A stretch of 64,000 bases of DNA from Phoronis australis (Eukaryota > Animalia > Phoronida), in NCBI GenBank assembly GCA_002633005.1, contig NMRA01000589.1, positions 154,641-218,640 on the forward strand. Direction: 5' to 3'. Made by a program: the position numbers and the translations under genes. Under the pieces are notes generated by a model. It was not told the origin of the DNA and ran no database searches. It saw nothing but the letters and a program-made list of their open reading frames with translations. Numbering within the stretch: position 1 is the stretch's first letter; each line of letters opens with the position of its first letter. This document shows positions 1 through 13,400 of this stretch, piece by piece.

Positions 1-1542
1 CAGTGGCACACGGAAAACTAGGTCGCACGCTGGTTGCATAGAGATCGGTAGATTGTCCTATCCATTGTTCATTTTGTTTTTCTTTGTTACCATAATGAAC
101 AGCATTAATCCTTAACCGGCTGATGTGGATGCCAGGTAGGAGCCAGGTACGATGTCCATGCGACCTGTATTGTTATATCACAACAAAAACGCATCAAATG
201 AAAACAATGAAAGTGTCCCTAGGTAATAAACATACGTAGACGCACTTAAGCCCGTCGCATGGTCGTATAATGTTAAACAACACCTCGCGAGCTTGGTTCG
301 ACGTCATTTCGCATGGCAAATACCACTCGCGTTAATTTAGACCATTTACTCTTATTAAGTTAGCATCGTCTAGTCACTTTCCTCTTTGCTCAAGTGAGAA
401 TTGGTTCTGGGTTTGCAAAGAACAGACGGTTACGAATATTTCTTGAGCCAATAGAATGACACGTTGAGACAAACAATAACGAAATGCACTTCTTTCGAAG
501 CTGCAAAATGACCTCCACGTTGACAAAGGGACAATTTAGGACCCGTTTCATAACGTTAAGGAGGTCTAAATCAACTGTCGTTTTGTGATAGAAGGAAGGT
601 TTATAATGGCTTGTCTTTTTCTGGGAAGAATTAGCGTTAAATGTATAGACATTCTAAGCATTCAGCTTAGGAGTTTTTTTAATAATTAAAGTTTTTGAGC
701 TTCACTGCATGCAGTGACAAGCCAATTTATGGCACCTGTTGTCATGCAGGATCGAAGCACCTCCTCTCAAGCCAAGAAATCAACTCTGACCTGAGTACTG
801 TAATGAAAAAACTGATATAGTTATAAAACGAGAGCATGTGTCAATCAAATGTTTGAAGAGAGGCGGGTATACATACTCTCGGCCACATTCACGAAAACAA
901 TTTTCACTAATTTATGAAATAGTAGCTCAGTTCGCAGATTGCCATTGTTCTGTCAATCGCGAACAGGAAACACCCGACATTTAGAGAGACCGGCTCTGGG
1001 ATGTACATGGTTTAAAGTATGACGGCGTTAGTTCGAAGCTTATACAATTTCACACGGTTTGGGTAACGCTCAAGTAGCGATTATCTTCGGAGCATGTTTA
1101 GCTTAAGAACTAAGAACCTTATCGACAAGCCTGTTCAAAGCCTATAACCAAATTATCTAGAAAGCTATACGGACGTTAACTGCCGAAAAGCCTTCTGAAA
1201 GTAGAATGCTTATAGAACTCCTAACTCTATTTTGGAGATCAGAGCAACAGTACATGAAAGTCGCACGTGAATCCTATCACCCAATTCCGAGATGTGATGA
1301 GTCTAGGAGTTAGCCAAATATGGCTGTTTTACAGGGTCTTACATGACGTTAATTGAATTTGGAATTGGATTCAGACTCTAGTAGTTGTGAGCCAGAACAA
1401 TGATTCTTCACCAACATTTTAAACAACACTTTGATATTTTGAACTCATTCTTTTTGGAGATCTTCTCTTGGTTCATCTACATCTTACAATGGCGCATGCT
1501 GGAAATCGAATCAATTGTCACCAATTGATTGTATTTTTACAG

Positions 1543-4500
1543 GCAAACTTGAAACGTCTTACCTGCTTACAAACAACGCGTCTGGGCTGATGACAAGTCC
1601 AGGTTATCCAGCAAAATATAACGAGAGTTTCCAGAAAAGTTGGATATTAACAGTTCCAGAAGGACTGACAATAGACATGAAGCTGTACGTCAGATCGTTT
1701 GGTAATGGGGACTATATCAAAGTGAGTAGGTCTTGGACAGGTCTGATTTATAGACACTGTGTCGATTAGTCAATGCCGTACTAAGGGTTCAAGGATACGT
1801 ACTAGTACGGATTCTATTTAATCCAACGAATATTTACTATTCATTATGATATTCAACCCTTGTCAACCCACAAGTTGATGTCGGGGAAAGGTGTTCGTGG
1901 ATAAGGGCATTACAACCAGAACTTATTTAATGAGGTGCAGTGTTGTTCCCAGAATATGGCATTTGTTGGCATATACAGTCTACTCAATGCTTCAAGTTGA
2001 ACACAAGCATAGGAATTCTAAGTCAGAAACTGCTGCTAAAACAACACAAATAAATGGTTTGGATACGTTTTCGGAAGACTGCAGATTGGTGCTTGTTTGA
2101 GGGGGCGATTCTGTTTTAATACAAATCACGGGAGTTGAAGGGACTGATGTACGGTAGTTACCGATGATAATCGTGGACGCAGCCAATGTACATGTATTGA
2201 GTGTAGGAGAGATGTCTACACAAACTCTAACACAGTGTTTCCGACTGTTTGAGTATTACTTTCAATCAAACAAGACTGTTTTCGGCAAACTTTAATGTCT
2301 GAACAAAAGTGACGGTGGCTGTAAAATGTTCACAATCGACGACTAATCATCAAGTTAGATTTCATCCTTTTTAACACGTCACCTGCTTTTAATTGTTATT
2401 GGTAATTACCGTGGAATCATATCTCAAAGCATGTTTGTGATCTGTTTTGATATTTTTCAAAAATATTATCATTTGTCATTGGCGTATTTTCAGATTTACG
2501 ATATAAATTCGAACCATACCAGAGTGAACCTAATAAAGCAGTTTTCCGCGTGTTACTGGTGTAGCTGGAGATCCTGGAGTTCCTCTGGTAATTCCGTGGA
2601 GGTTTACATGTATAGTGACGTGTACGACACTGACTCTGGATTTGCTCTTGGATGGGCTATATCCATCATACGTAAGTAGGAAAGAACCGCTTCATAATTC
2701 AGAGATGACGTTAATATACCCAGTAATCAATGCTGAGTTCATACATTTTCTTTTTGAAACGAGGCGTATCCGGCGAGGGGTTAATCACGTGAGACTTGGC
2801 CGCAATTAGCTAGTAACTGTTTGAAAAAAGCGAATTGTTTCTCACATTTTGAAAAGGGTTCTCGACCTTTGAGCATTTAGTCCTGGTTCAACACGTAGGG
2901 AATGCAACACTAGTCACATTGCAAGTAATGAGTGAATCTTCATCTTCCGCTTACCCTATTGTTAACGCTGGTGTGAAGAATCCTCCTACTTAAAGACTGT
3001 ATTTTGATCTTGATCGCTTACCATGAAAAAACTAGCGTGCGTTCCATAGACGAAAGAACCTCGCGAAAGGTAGCGCAAGACTTTGCGTTGTTATTGCGAT
3101 CGAAGCACATGATTACCTGTCTTCGCTAGATACATGCATCCACGGAACTCTATTCGGCTCGAATCTCAATCTCTTTGCTCAGATTAGAAGTGAGACAGGC
3201 GCTACGGATGAACTGGCCGTTTGTTATGTCAACACTGAGGACTTGTCGGTGCTTGAAATGATTTCTCCGGCCAAGATAACTTTTTAACTTGGTCTCGGGC
3301 AAGAACAAAATACGAGATCTTTCCAAGCCCAAAAATCACTTTTCGGTATATTGAGTATGGGGACCAATTTAGTGTCTCCGGTTTCATAACGATTAGGCAG
3401 TATAAACCAAACGACAGCTAGAAGACAAATGTATTGTGACTTTTGTTTTGTTGCTATCATTAAAATATGTTTCGTGTTCCAATCCCAGGTTTATGAACTT
3501 TGAACAAATTACTTATTAGAATATCGGATTTTGCAACATTCGGAGTGACAACACGTGACCCAATGCAGAATCTTTCCAAAAATCGCAGTCTACGTGTCTT
3601 ATCGAAGGTAACCGTGGTTCAACTGCTTCCTTTTTTATAATTTTGTGTTTCGTGCTCTCTATTTTAGCATACCAAAATTTCACCCTGACTAATGTAACAG
3701 GTGAAATAACTTCACCAAGCTATCCTGGATATTATCCGAACAGCGTTCGCCTTAGATGGTTTGTGATTGGCCCTGAAGACAGTGTCCTTAGCTTCCGAGT
3801 CAGCGATCTTGTATTAGAAGCGTGTTGCGATTTTTTAGAGGTAAGGATGTTTCCCTTGCTTGTAAGTTTGCCAATTAGTTTCACCTTATTATCTGAAATT
3901 TCGCCTATCGTGAAGTTTTCATTGCTCCTAGTACGTTTTGAACGTTGGGTGTCGCTGCAGAAGACTGCGGGGGATGTGCTTGAATTTAAGCCACTGGATG
4001 CATATTTGCATTTAACAGCACTGATACAAAGCAGTACAAGATTGGTGTTTGCTTCTGGTTGGAAACTGTGCTTGTGCAGAGAATTGGAATATTGTAATAT
4101 ACAGTGCTGTGTTATATACTTACTGGTCTAGCGTCACCCAACCATAACGATATTTGCAATTCTGCACATATCAATGTCTTTTTTGTCGTACTACTCCACT
4201 GCATAAAGCACTGAGTTATTTAGGAGCTTCAAATATTAAACGCAACCGAATTATTTATGCCAAGGAAAATTGTTCATGCCACAATATGTAATTGCATATC
4301 AACCACCTACAATATAACACCAACAAAGTGTTTTGGTCAAACGTTTATCACCAAATGAACGGAAAATTCGTTCCATTGTATTGAGAATATTGGAAACCAC
4401 ATTCTGGTGATTTATTGCTTTGTTTTATAATTATAGATATACGAAATAGATGCCATTTCCAAATCTCGTTCACAACGTCTATACAGAAACGACGGAAAAA

Positions 4501-7500
4501 AGAAAATGACGTCAAGCACACAGGCTCTGGAATTCTCTTTCTTCTCCGATCCTGCCATTACGTATCAGCGAGGGTTTGCGTTAACATACGTGATTATCGG
4601 TGCGTATCTGTCAAACCAGTTATAAATCCGCTTCCTATCCTAAAAACAACTTTCGAGTTTGACTACTTACCACTGGCCCTCAAATTACTCTTCAGTCAAA
4701 TTAAGATGATTTCAGGGTGTGGAGACCACACTTTACACGGAGTTGGTTTCTCAGATCGTTTCACTTTATGCACCGCGTGCGGTAGTCTCGACAAATAACG
4801 AACGGTCAATTTTCAAAAGGTTGAGACCAAGCCTATCATGTTAAGTGGTGTGTTGACACTTTCAGTGGTCTAATTTCAATGCAAAAGTTTTGAGCACAAA
4901 GAGAATACCTGGCCGAGAATCGTTGAAAGCATAACACAGGCTCAATTGCTTCCGGTGACTCTACTGTAATAAATTGTGTACGACACATCGAGAAGTAAAC
5001 AGTGAATATACAAAGATGCTGTGTCGTATGAGTGATGTCATACCAAAGTAGTTATGTACAATCTCAAAATGCAATAGGGTACTATGGCACAGTTTATCTC
5101 CTAGCCACTTGTGTAGCCGTGCATTTCATAGATGTATTACTTTTCTACCTGAAGGAACAACAAACATTAGTTACCTTAATAAGACGACAACAGGGATAAT
5201 CCAGGCCCCTAACTTTCCCGGTGTATACCCGCTGTCAGTCGTCTACAGATGGATCATAACACTACCCGAAGGGGAGACCCTGTCTCTGAAAATAACGACC
5301 AGATCTCTGGAAGAGGCCTTCGATTTCCTAAAGGTAATTGTTGATGTATGAAACTCCCTCTGCTTCGTATATTTTCATTGTATATTGCACCATGCCCTCT
5401 AGGGGAGCTGTTCTTCACTCTGCATATTGTGCAGTCTATTGCTCACGTGACTTCTTCATATCTCCCTATGGACTCCTTTCATCATCTCACTGAAGATTAT
5501 AATAATTCCAGCCAATTACGTGATGAAATTTTGGCAGTACATGCTCACCCAGTGGGGGGCTCGAATTTTTGGGAATGTGGACCTTTCACTAAAAAAAAGG
5601 TTCACGGAGTACGTTCAGAGCTATGAATTTTGCATTCGTTGAATTTTGGTAGTTTCTGCCTTTTTAGTGGACTCGTTTTCTACTTTTTCGGAGTTTTTGT
5701 TTCTCTTAGGCGGACGTTTTTGCCCTCTTTGCCGAGCCTCCCGGAGTGCGCGCATGCAGTATGATCGTCTTTCAAATTTGCTGCGCAAACATTCATTAGT
5801 TCCAATGCAACGCAGGATTATGTTTTATAGACAGGCTTGGGACATTACAGTACGAGATACAATAGGATGTGTAGACTTCACGGTCAGCTGATTTTGTCCG
5901 GGAATTTACTTCAGAATAAACATGGCCAAAATAACATAAACGTACCTTCAGATAACTTTTTGCAAATATTTTCTTTTGTGTACCTGTATCTGATGTGGCA
6001 ATCATGGGACATAATTAAACGGATGACAATTATGTGACTTATGGAAATGTGACTTCGACTACAACCCAACCTCTCATTTTTATTACAAACATCAAATACA
6101 CCTCTGGCCAGCAAAACTGCGCTGGCTAATCGCTTCAGTGGTGCTATGGGATAGCTTACCAGCTCCACCTACCGTAAAAGTTCTTCAGTTTGGGACACAA
6201 TTTATAGCAAACATGTGAAATTACATTTTGCCAAATTTGTCTACAAAAATTAGGAAAATTTACTTTGCTTTTAGCATGGTTTGTATAGAGTATCTGTTAA
6301 GTAACAACATTTTGTAAAACTTTGAGCTTTTGAAACAACGTTGTAAGCCGCTGAAAAATAGAAATATAGCAGTCTTAGCAATTATTTTTGTCCCAAGTTG
6401 AGAACTTTTTTCGTGATCATGTAGCTGGACTTAAAGCGCAGTGTTAAATTACTGCAATGTCACGCGGTAACAAGCTGCTTAAATCATTCTGACATCCAAA
6501 TGAACTCACCGTTGATAGAAATGCACTTTACAATCTATTCTGAAGATTCTGACGCTTTGTGTTTAACTTTTTATTTCCCCCAGGGGGCGTTTGCGATTGT
6601 TTTCCGTGAAGTATCACCGAGAACACGACTAAAAGAATCCGGGCTCAGTTCCGTAGACGCGAAATTCTCGCGAGTAAAGCTGGTGCGATCACTTGCTTTG
6701 CTTGTAATGCACGGCGATATCTTGCAAATACTTGTGCTTGGATGGTCCTGCACCCCTTTTTGCGAACGCATTGTGTCTACGGAACCAGCGCCTGTTATTG
6801 CTGTACTTTGTTTGTGCGTGTGGTAATGGTATCTATGGTGGGCTTGGCCTAATTGCTTTTTATCAAAGCGGTGCTACTATATGATATCATTAACCGAATG
6901 TTATGCGATCAATGCGAGAGTTGCCCTAAGACTTAAAATGTGGATTTCAGTTCATACTATTAAATATTACAAGTATCGTATTTGAACAATAAAATGTCTT
7001 TTTTCTACAGATATACGAAATCAAGAACAACACACGCACTGCTCTTCTCGGCCAATATACGGATTTCTGGGGGTTTTCGAACAGTTTTGTTTTGTCAACT
7101 TCATCATCAACAGAAATATTCTTCTTCAGTGACATCGACATTGCGTACAACTCTGGATTTTATTTAGGAGCATTTTCAACCAATATCGGTAAGAGAATCG
7201 CTTGTGTGTATAATCTGCAGTATGAACATTCAAAAAGTGTAATTTAAGACCTTGCCCATATGAAATACAATCGCGGCATCTGACCAGAAGCACATCCTAG
7301 GAACAGACGCTCTCGCCTCATGATCTGTAGCATCCAACTGGAGCAGATGATGTCAGCTAATGTTCTCAACTCAGCAGACGTGACATCAAAAATCCATTTG
7401 TAAAAGGTTGTTAGTTTTCCGTTAGTCAAGACGGTCGTAACTTGGATTTTAAGTTGGGTCCAGTTCATTTACGTGGCTCTTGAAGTCAGTCGTTGAGTCC

Positions 7501-10319
7501 GAATGTGAAAAGTTACGCAACGTTTTTGTTTTTTTTTGTGGAAAACGCAGCATCGCGTTTGCTGTAGAGTGCGTACGATCGTCTTAGCTCCGACTTACGA
7601 ACATTGATAGAACGGGAACCTTATCTGCGCAGATCATTCAGAAATAGAGGAAACTTCAAGTGGATAAATTTTACTTTGTGCACTGAAGTTGTGAAAAGCC
7701 ACTACCTTCGTCTGGCAAATGAATTTATTGGGCCTGGCCTCCGTGAGAAGTGTCAGTTTTCCTCAAGTCCAGCAAGCACTTTTTACTTGACCAAGGAATG
7801 ACACATTTCCAGTTTTACAACAATAAATGGCCCAAACTGTTAATTATTTTTAATAAAGCTAGACCGATAATGTGTTTCAAAATGTCAATTCACAAAATAC
7901 TTCTCTTTTCTTCGTTCTTAGAAAACAAGACCGTTTCCATTTATAACCAGTCTAGTGGTGAAATCACGTCTCCCAACTACCCATTAGCCTACCCTGAAGC
8001 ATGCCGCTACTTTTGGGAGGTCAAAGTCAACCACACGGATTCGTACATTGGGTTGATCCTGAATCACGCTCACTTGGAAATGCATTACGACAAACTCCAG
8101 GTATTATTGTAATTATTCGAGTGACATCGCTTGGCATGATGCCTTCTATGTGTTGGCGGGTGCAAGCGATCACTCATTCATCAAAGAGTCAGAGGTGACT
8201 ACGAGATTTTTTGGAAACAATCTCTGCAAGCTTTGAAGAAACTGCCTGCAATAGCTGTTTCCTTATCTGTAAGAAGTCGATGTTTCGGGTTATTTGCGCT
8301 ACGTTCCGTAGTCACAAAAAACCCGCAAAAACGCAAGATTACACAGAATTCACAAGACATTGCCCGGCATTTCAATTGCAAATGATCTCATAAACTTTTC
8401 TAAACTAGTGAGTGTCTTAGATTTACTGAGTGCAGCCTAGATGTGGAGCAGTTGCTTTCAAAACTGATCGTGCAGTTTTCAAAAAGGTTGCATTGTGCTA
8501 TTTTGGTGGAAGCTACACTGAATATCAAAAAGTGTCCACATTACCTCAGGTAATTTCCTAGCCTACTAAAATATCAGATGTATGCTGATGACTTCAGGAA
8601 ATGACTTGGAACTGAATTAAATAAATCTTTGTCTTTATAGTTTCAAAAATGGTGCCCGTTTTAATGGGGTTCGTTACCATAAAATAGTTGTACCAATTGT
8701 ACCGATCACGGCGGGATTTGGCAATTTGTGAGAGGTGTTTTGAAAATGCACTAACTGATTCATCATTTTCACTTAATGTGATTTAAAATTTGCTTATTTT
8801 CCAAGGTAATGGATTCGCAAGGAAAAATTGTGCAAGATTATACGGGGTTGACATCAGAGTTATCCAGCAAGAGTCTAATACCGTCTACCGAAATGAAGAT
8901 CTACTTCTACAGCGATGAAGCGATAACATACGAGAAAGGATTCTCAATTACTTGGCAGGAGCTTCGTGAGTCTGTCGCAGTATTTCAAACATCAAGATCT
9001 CCAGGAAATTTATATTCGTATATATGTGGGCATACTCGGAATCTCCGTATAGCGTACATCTGGGGGTCATCATCCCTCCTAATATAAACGAAATCTATCA
9101 AGGAAACCATGATCGGCGTCTTTCCAATAGATTCGACTACTGATGCGCTTCTCTCCATGGCCTTTTCCCTCGCCATTGCATCACTCACGTCGGTGGGATT
9201 TCGTTCACATTTGGTGGGTTACTTGGGGATCTCTTTTTCCAGGTCACCACACTGAGAATCAAAGTTTTGTCTTTGCAATGGCTGATAAATAAATTTCTTA
9301 AGCACATGAAGTACGACTAGGTAAAACGGTGTTGAATCTGTGCTTGGCCGAGAGGGCGAAGGAGTAGACGTACTCCAACCATTCAAAGCATGTAAGGACA
9401 TCATTTTAGGTCTTCGCACGGATAAATGCAGTGTTCAGATAAAATGACCTAACTAGCGCAAGTGATCTTTAAGTAGTCTAATAGTTATATATACTAAGAG
9501 AACTCTCTCTCTCTCTCTATGTATATGCGTGTGTGTGTATTTACCTGTTAATATTTAGTTCTTTGGTGAAGCAATCTGGGATTTAAACGCATTTTTCACA
9601 TTCATCCAATTTTTTATCATTCTCAAATGACCTGACAACTCAAGTTACAGGCAGTGCGCACATTTTTTAATCCTCAATTTTAAGGTTCGTGAATGCTCTC
9701 TCTGATAGTTTCGGCATTCTATTGAGCAGGGGAGTGGAACCCTGTCACAATGAGGTATATCGTGAGACCGATAATAAGAAAATATAAGGCCTAATTCGCT
9801 TTATTTAAGCTAAACATGGATAAATGCTGCTTTAAGTTGAATCCTGCTTTTAGAACTCCAGTAATGCACCAATAGTGCAGAGCGGGGCCTGAACGAAGAT
9901 TGGTTGATATCAACAAAAGGAAGGTTAGCATCCTTTTATTAGGTAGTTTATGTATTTCACGTGGCATGCATACACTGTCAGTAATGTTGAACCAAATGTT
10001 AGTGATCGCTGACAACACACATAGCCTAACTATAAGTGTGTCCTATGTTGCCAGGTGTCGTCACAAGCCACATCAACGCCATTCAGTCTGGACTGATCAC
10101 GTCTCCCGGTTACCCCAACTTCTACCCAACAGCGTACATCTACAAGTGGTTTATAACCGTGTCCGCGGGGTCACGGGTGTACATGAAAATCACCGATGTT
10201 TACACCGAGACTTGTTGCGATTATTTGCAGGTGTGTGCAGGTTTTACCAATGGCTAGGTGAACAGTCTACATTCATAGACAAACTTAGAAGAGATCTGCC
10301 TGCTATTCTTGTTGCCTCG

Positions 10320-10366
<47 letters not shown>

Positions 10367-10420
10367 AATTCTTTTGTTGCGCCTGTTGCCTCTGCTGCAG
10401 CTTATTACTTACGTTTGTAC

Positions 10421-10454
<34 letters not shown>

Positions 10455-13400
10455 GTAATAGTAATAGTAATAGTAATAGTAATAGTAATAATAATAATTA
10501 TCATTATTATTACTATCATCATCATTATTATTAGTAGTGGTATTATTATAATAATAATTATTATTGTCATTGTTGTTGTTGTTGTTGTTGTTGTTATTAT
10601 TGTTATTGGTATTCTTATTATTATATTTAATATATTTCCAGTTATTTAAAGCTGCATTTTGCTGTTGTTCAGTTGCCAATGGTTGAATTTCTACCAAAGC
10701 GTTTTGGGTTTGAGAATATTACCACGTTCATTGAATTGTTGCCAAATGCCGAGCCAGTCACAGAAAATGGGTACATGCGCCATTTTGGAATCTGAATTTT
10801 TTTTAGGATTGGCCAACCCCAGTAAACTCTGAAGCGTTTTGTTGAGTCCATGATGGTTTCAATGTTTTTGTTGGTTACGGAAATAGAATCCTATTACCGC
10901 ATTGATTTACGTTGGTTTCAGATTTATAATCTGGTCAATGGAACAAGACAGGGAGAGGTTACTGCCCAACTTTCCTTCATCTTGTGGAATGCATTTTACA
11001 CTTCGGCCACTAACACTGTAGAAGTTTTCTTTATCAGTGACATGCGATTAACCTACCGCGGCTTCAGCCTGGGATGGCATTCTACAGGATTAGGTGTGTA
11101 AATTATTAAACAGAGCTAGGCCTACAGCAGGTGTTCTAGAGTGTGTTGTCCTTGTAAATGACATTGCTATTTGAAAATTCCTACACAAATATTGTTTGTC
11201 CTTTGGTTGAATTTCACGTGAATTAAACATCTGACCCAATGTTAGCTCAAATCGGAAAGATATGGCTTTAGCATCTTGACATGTCTAAATGTGGATGATA
11301 TAAAGATGCCCGATTGAAACGGTGTAATTCACGGGTGAGAAACAACATGACCGCCGGTCCTCTAAATCGGACTGACTCACCCAAAACAGGACCTCCGGGG
11401 ATCAAATGGGACAGTCGCACCAGAAAATGGGACTGACGCACCTAAAAACATGACCGCCTCACCAGAAAACAGGACCGCCGGAAACTGAACGTGACCGCCG
11501 GACAATACGTAGTTATCAATGTCTTTGTATGATACTGCTTGCGATTACGTAACCGGTTTTTAGGTGCGTCAGTCCCATTTTCTGGAGCGACGGTCCTATT
11601 TGATCCCCGGAGGTCCTGTTTTGGGTGAGCCGGTCCGATTTAAGAGGACCGGCGGTCATGTTGTTTCTCACCCGTGTAATTGCTATGAGCTATACACATT
11701 TCATCTATGTGAAGAATAATGCTGGATGCATGTGCATACTAAGAAAAAACAGAGTACTGGGAATTGTGGGATTTTGCATTAATGTTGGAGTACAGTTGAT
11801 ATCTATTGATACATCCGTGCACTCTCTTTCACAACGGAGTAATTGTTTTTTAGTCAAATAAACAATTACTCCATGCCGGGCCTGTGTTTTGTAGCAATCT
11901 TCACACTTACAAGTGTTGCTTTCCATCGCTCCCGCGCTGCATTAAGTCTTCCTTTTTGTCTTCTCTGTAGCTCACACTCTCTCAACTATAAACGGTAGTT
12001 CCTCCGGTGAAATCCTTTCACCTAACTATCCGCAGCAGTACAGCTCACCCATCAAGCACAGTTGGGTGATTCAAGCACAGCAGGCGTCTTCTTGGATTGG
12101 CGTAAAGCTGGTGTCGCTAGACCTGGAGGACTGCTGTGATAACGTTACGGTAACTAGGCTGACAATCTCAAGTTAAAGAAAAAACTTGCGAGCTGTGTCT
12201 TACAAAAGTGGACGCGAGATCATAACTGTTGAGTTGTTTTAAGTTTGCAATCATAGTCTAATATTTTTTGATACCATGAGTTTCTATACAGTTAATGCAA
12301 TTCGTTGACCGAAGCTGATTTTGATAAGAAATTTAGTAAGAAAATAACTACACCTACTTTGCCGGGGTAAACGATTAACTTGAAATAGAATCTACATTTA
12401 GTCTCTAACAATGGCAGTTAAGAAACTGGTGAGTTATTAGGGTATGGTCAAACTAAAATCAGTTATTGGGGTTTGTGGGATATTTCATGTCACATGACTG
12501 ATTTAAGGCCAAATCTGGCCGTTTTGTAACTTCAGGCCCGAGAGCTTGCCATGGTTAACAATTTCACCTGGTACAAAGTGCTAAAAACATCTTTTTTGTT
12601 CTTCTGTTTTCCGGTCCAGTTTTAGCAACTAATTGTTCTTCAGTTGTTGTCTCAGTGCAAAAACGAATGTTCCTAATTCGACATCTATGTTGTAGTCATT
12701 TGTGTGGCAAATGCGAATCCCGAATAATCGGTACTAAGGCACTTTTGGTATTACTTAATGTAAGATATTTATAAACACGTCCAAAGGTTTTGCTTAAACT
12801 CAAAATCGTCATCAATGGTGTAAACAAATCATCAAGGAAAACTTTGCAAGCGACCAATCACTCAAAGCATCAGAACCGGATTGAACACAACAAAACTGGA
12901 CGTCAAGGTCACAGTGGTAGTGTCAAGGTCAATTTGGCATTGATGCTGTGAGCTGTTGTTTGTTGCCATGGTTCGCTTTACTAGTGACTGTTTCCGATGA
13001 TGGAACTTCTGGATGTGTATACTATGTATTCTTATCTCTTTTCTGTCATTATTACTTTGGCTTAAAAACATAATTGTGAATCACATTCTATTTATTGCCT
13101 GTAGGGATACCTGATCGACTCCGCCGGTACCAAAACTCTACTTGACCTGAAAGCCTTGTGGTCGACCTTTGAAAAGAAATTCCTCAGCAAAAACCCTTCC
13201 TTGGAGATATTTTTCTACGCCGATCCAGCCATAAGTGCGGGTGGATTTAAAATACTTTGGACAGAATTACGTAAGACATGTTTCGATAGTTTGTGGCAAA
13301 CAAAATTGAAATCTAATGCTTTAGTGTTTCTCTTACACGGAACTGTTATGTATCACTCAGTGATGTTCGACATAAGTAACGGAAATTGAAAATCTAGCCC

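Noticed and set aside
9900-10697. 249-aa and 110-aa ORFs with poly-L/I/V or poly-N/Y
   Set aside because: Translations of an intronic microsatellite; the real exon is 10055-10230 in another frame.
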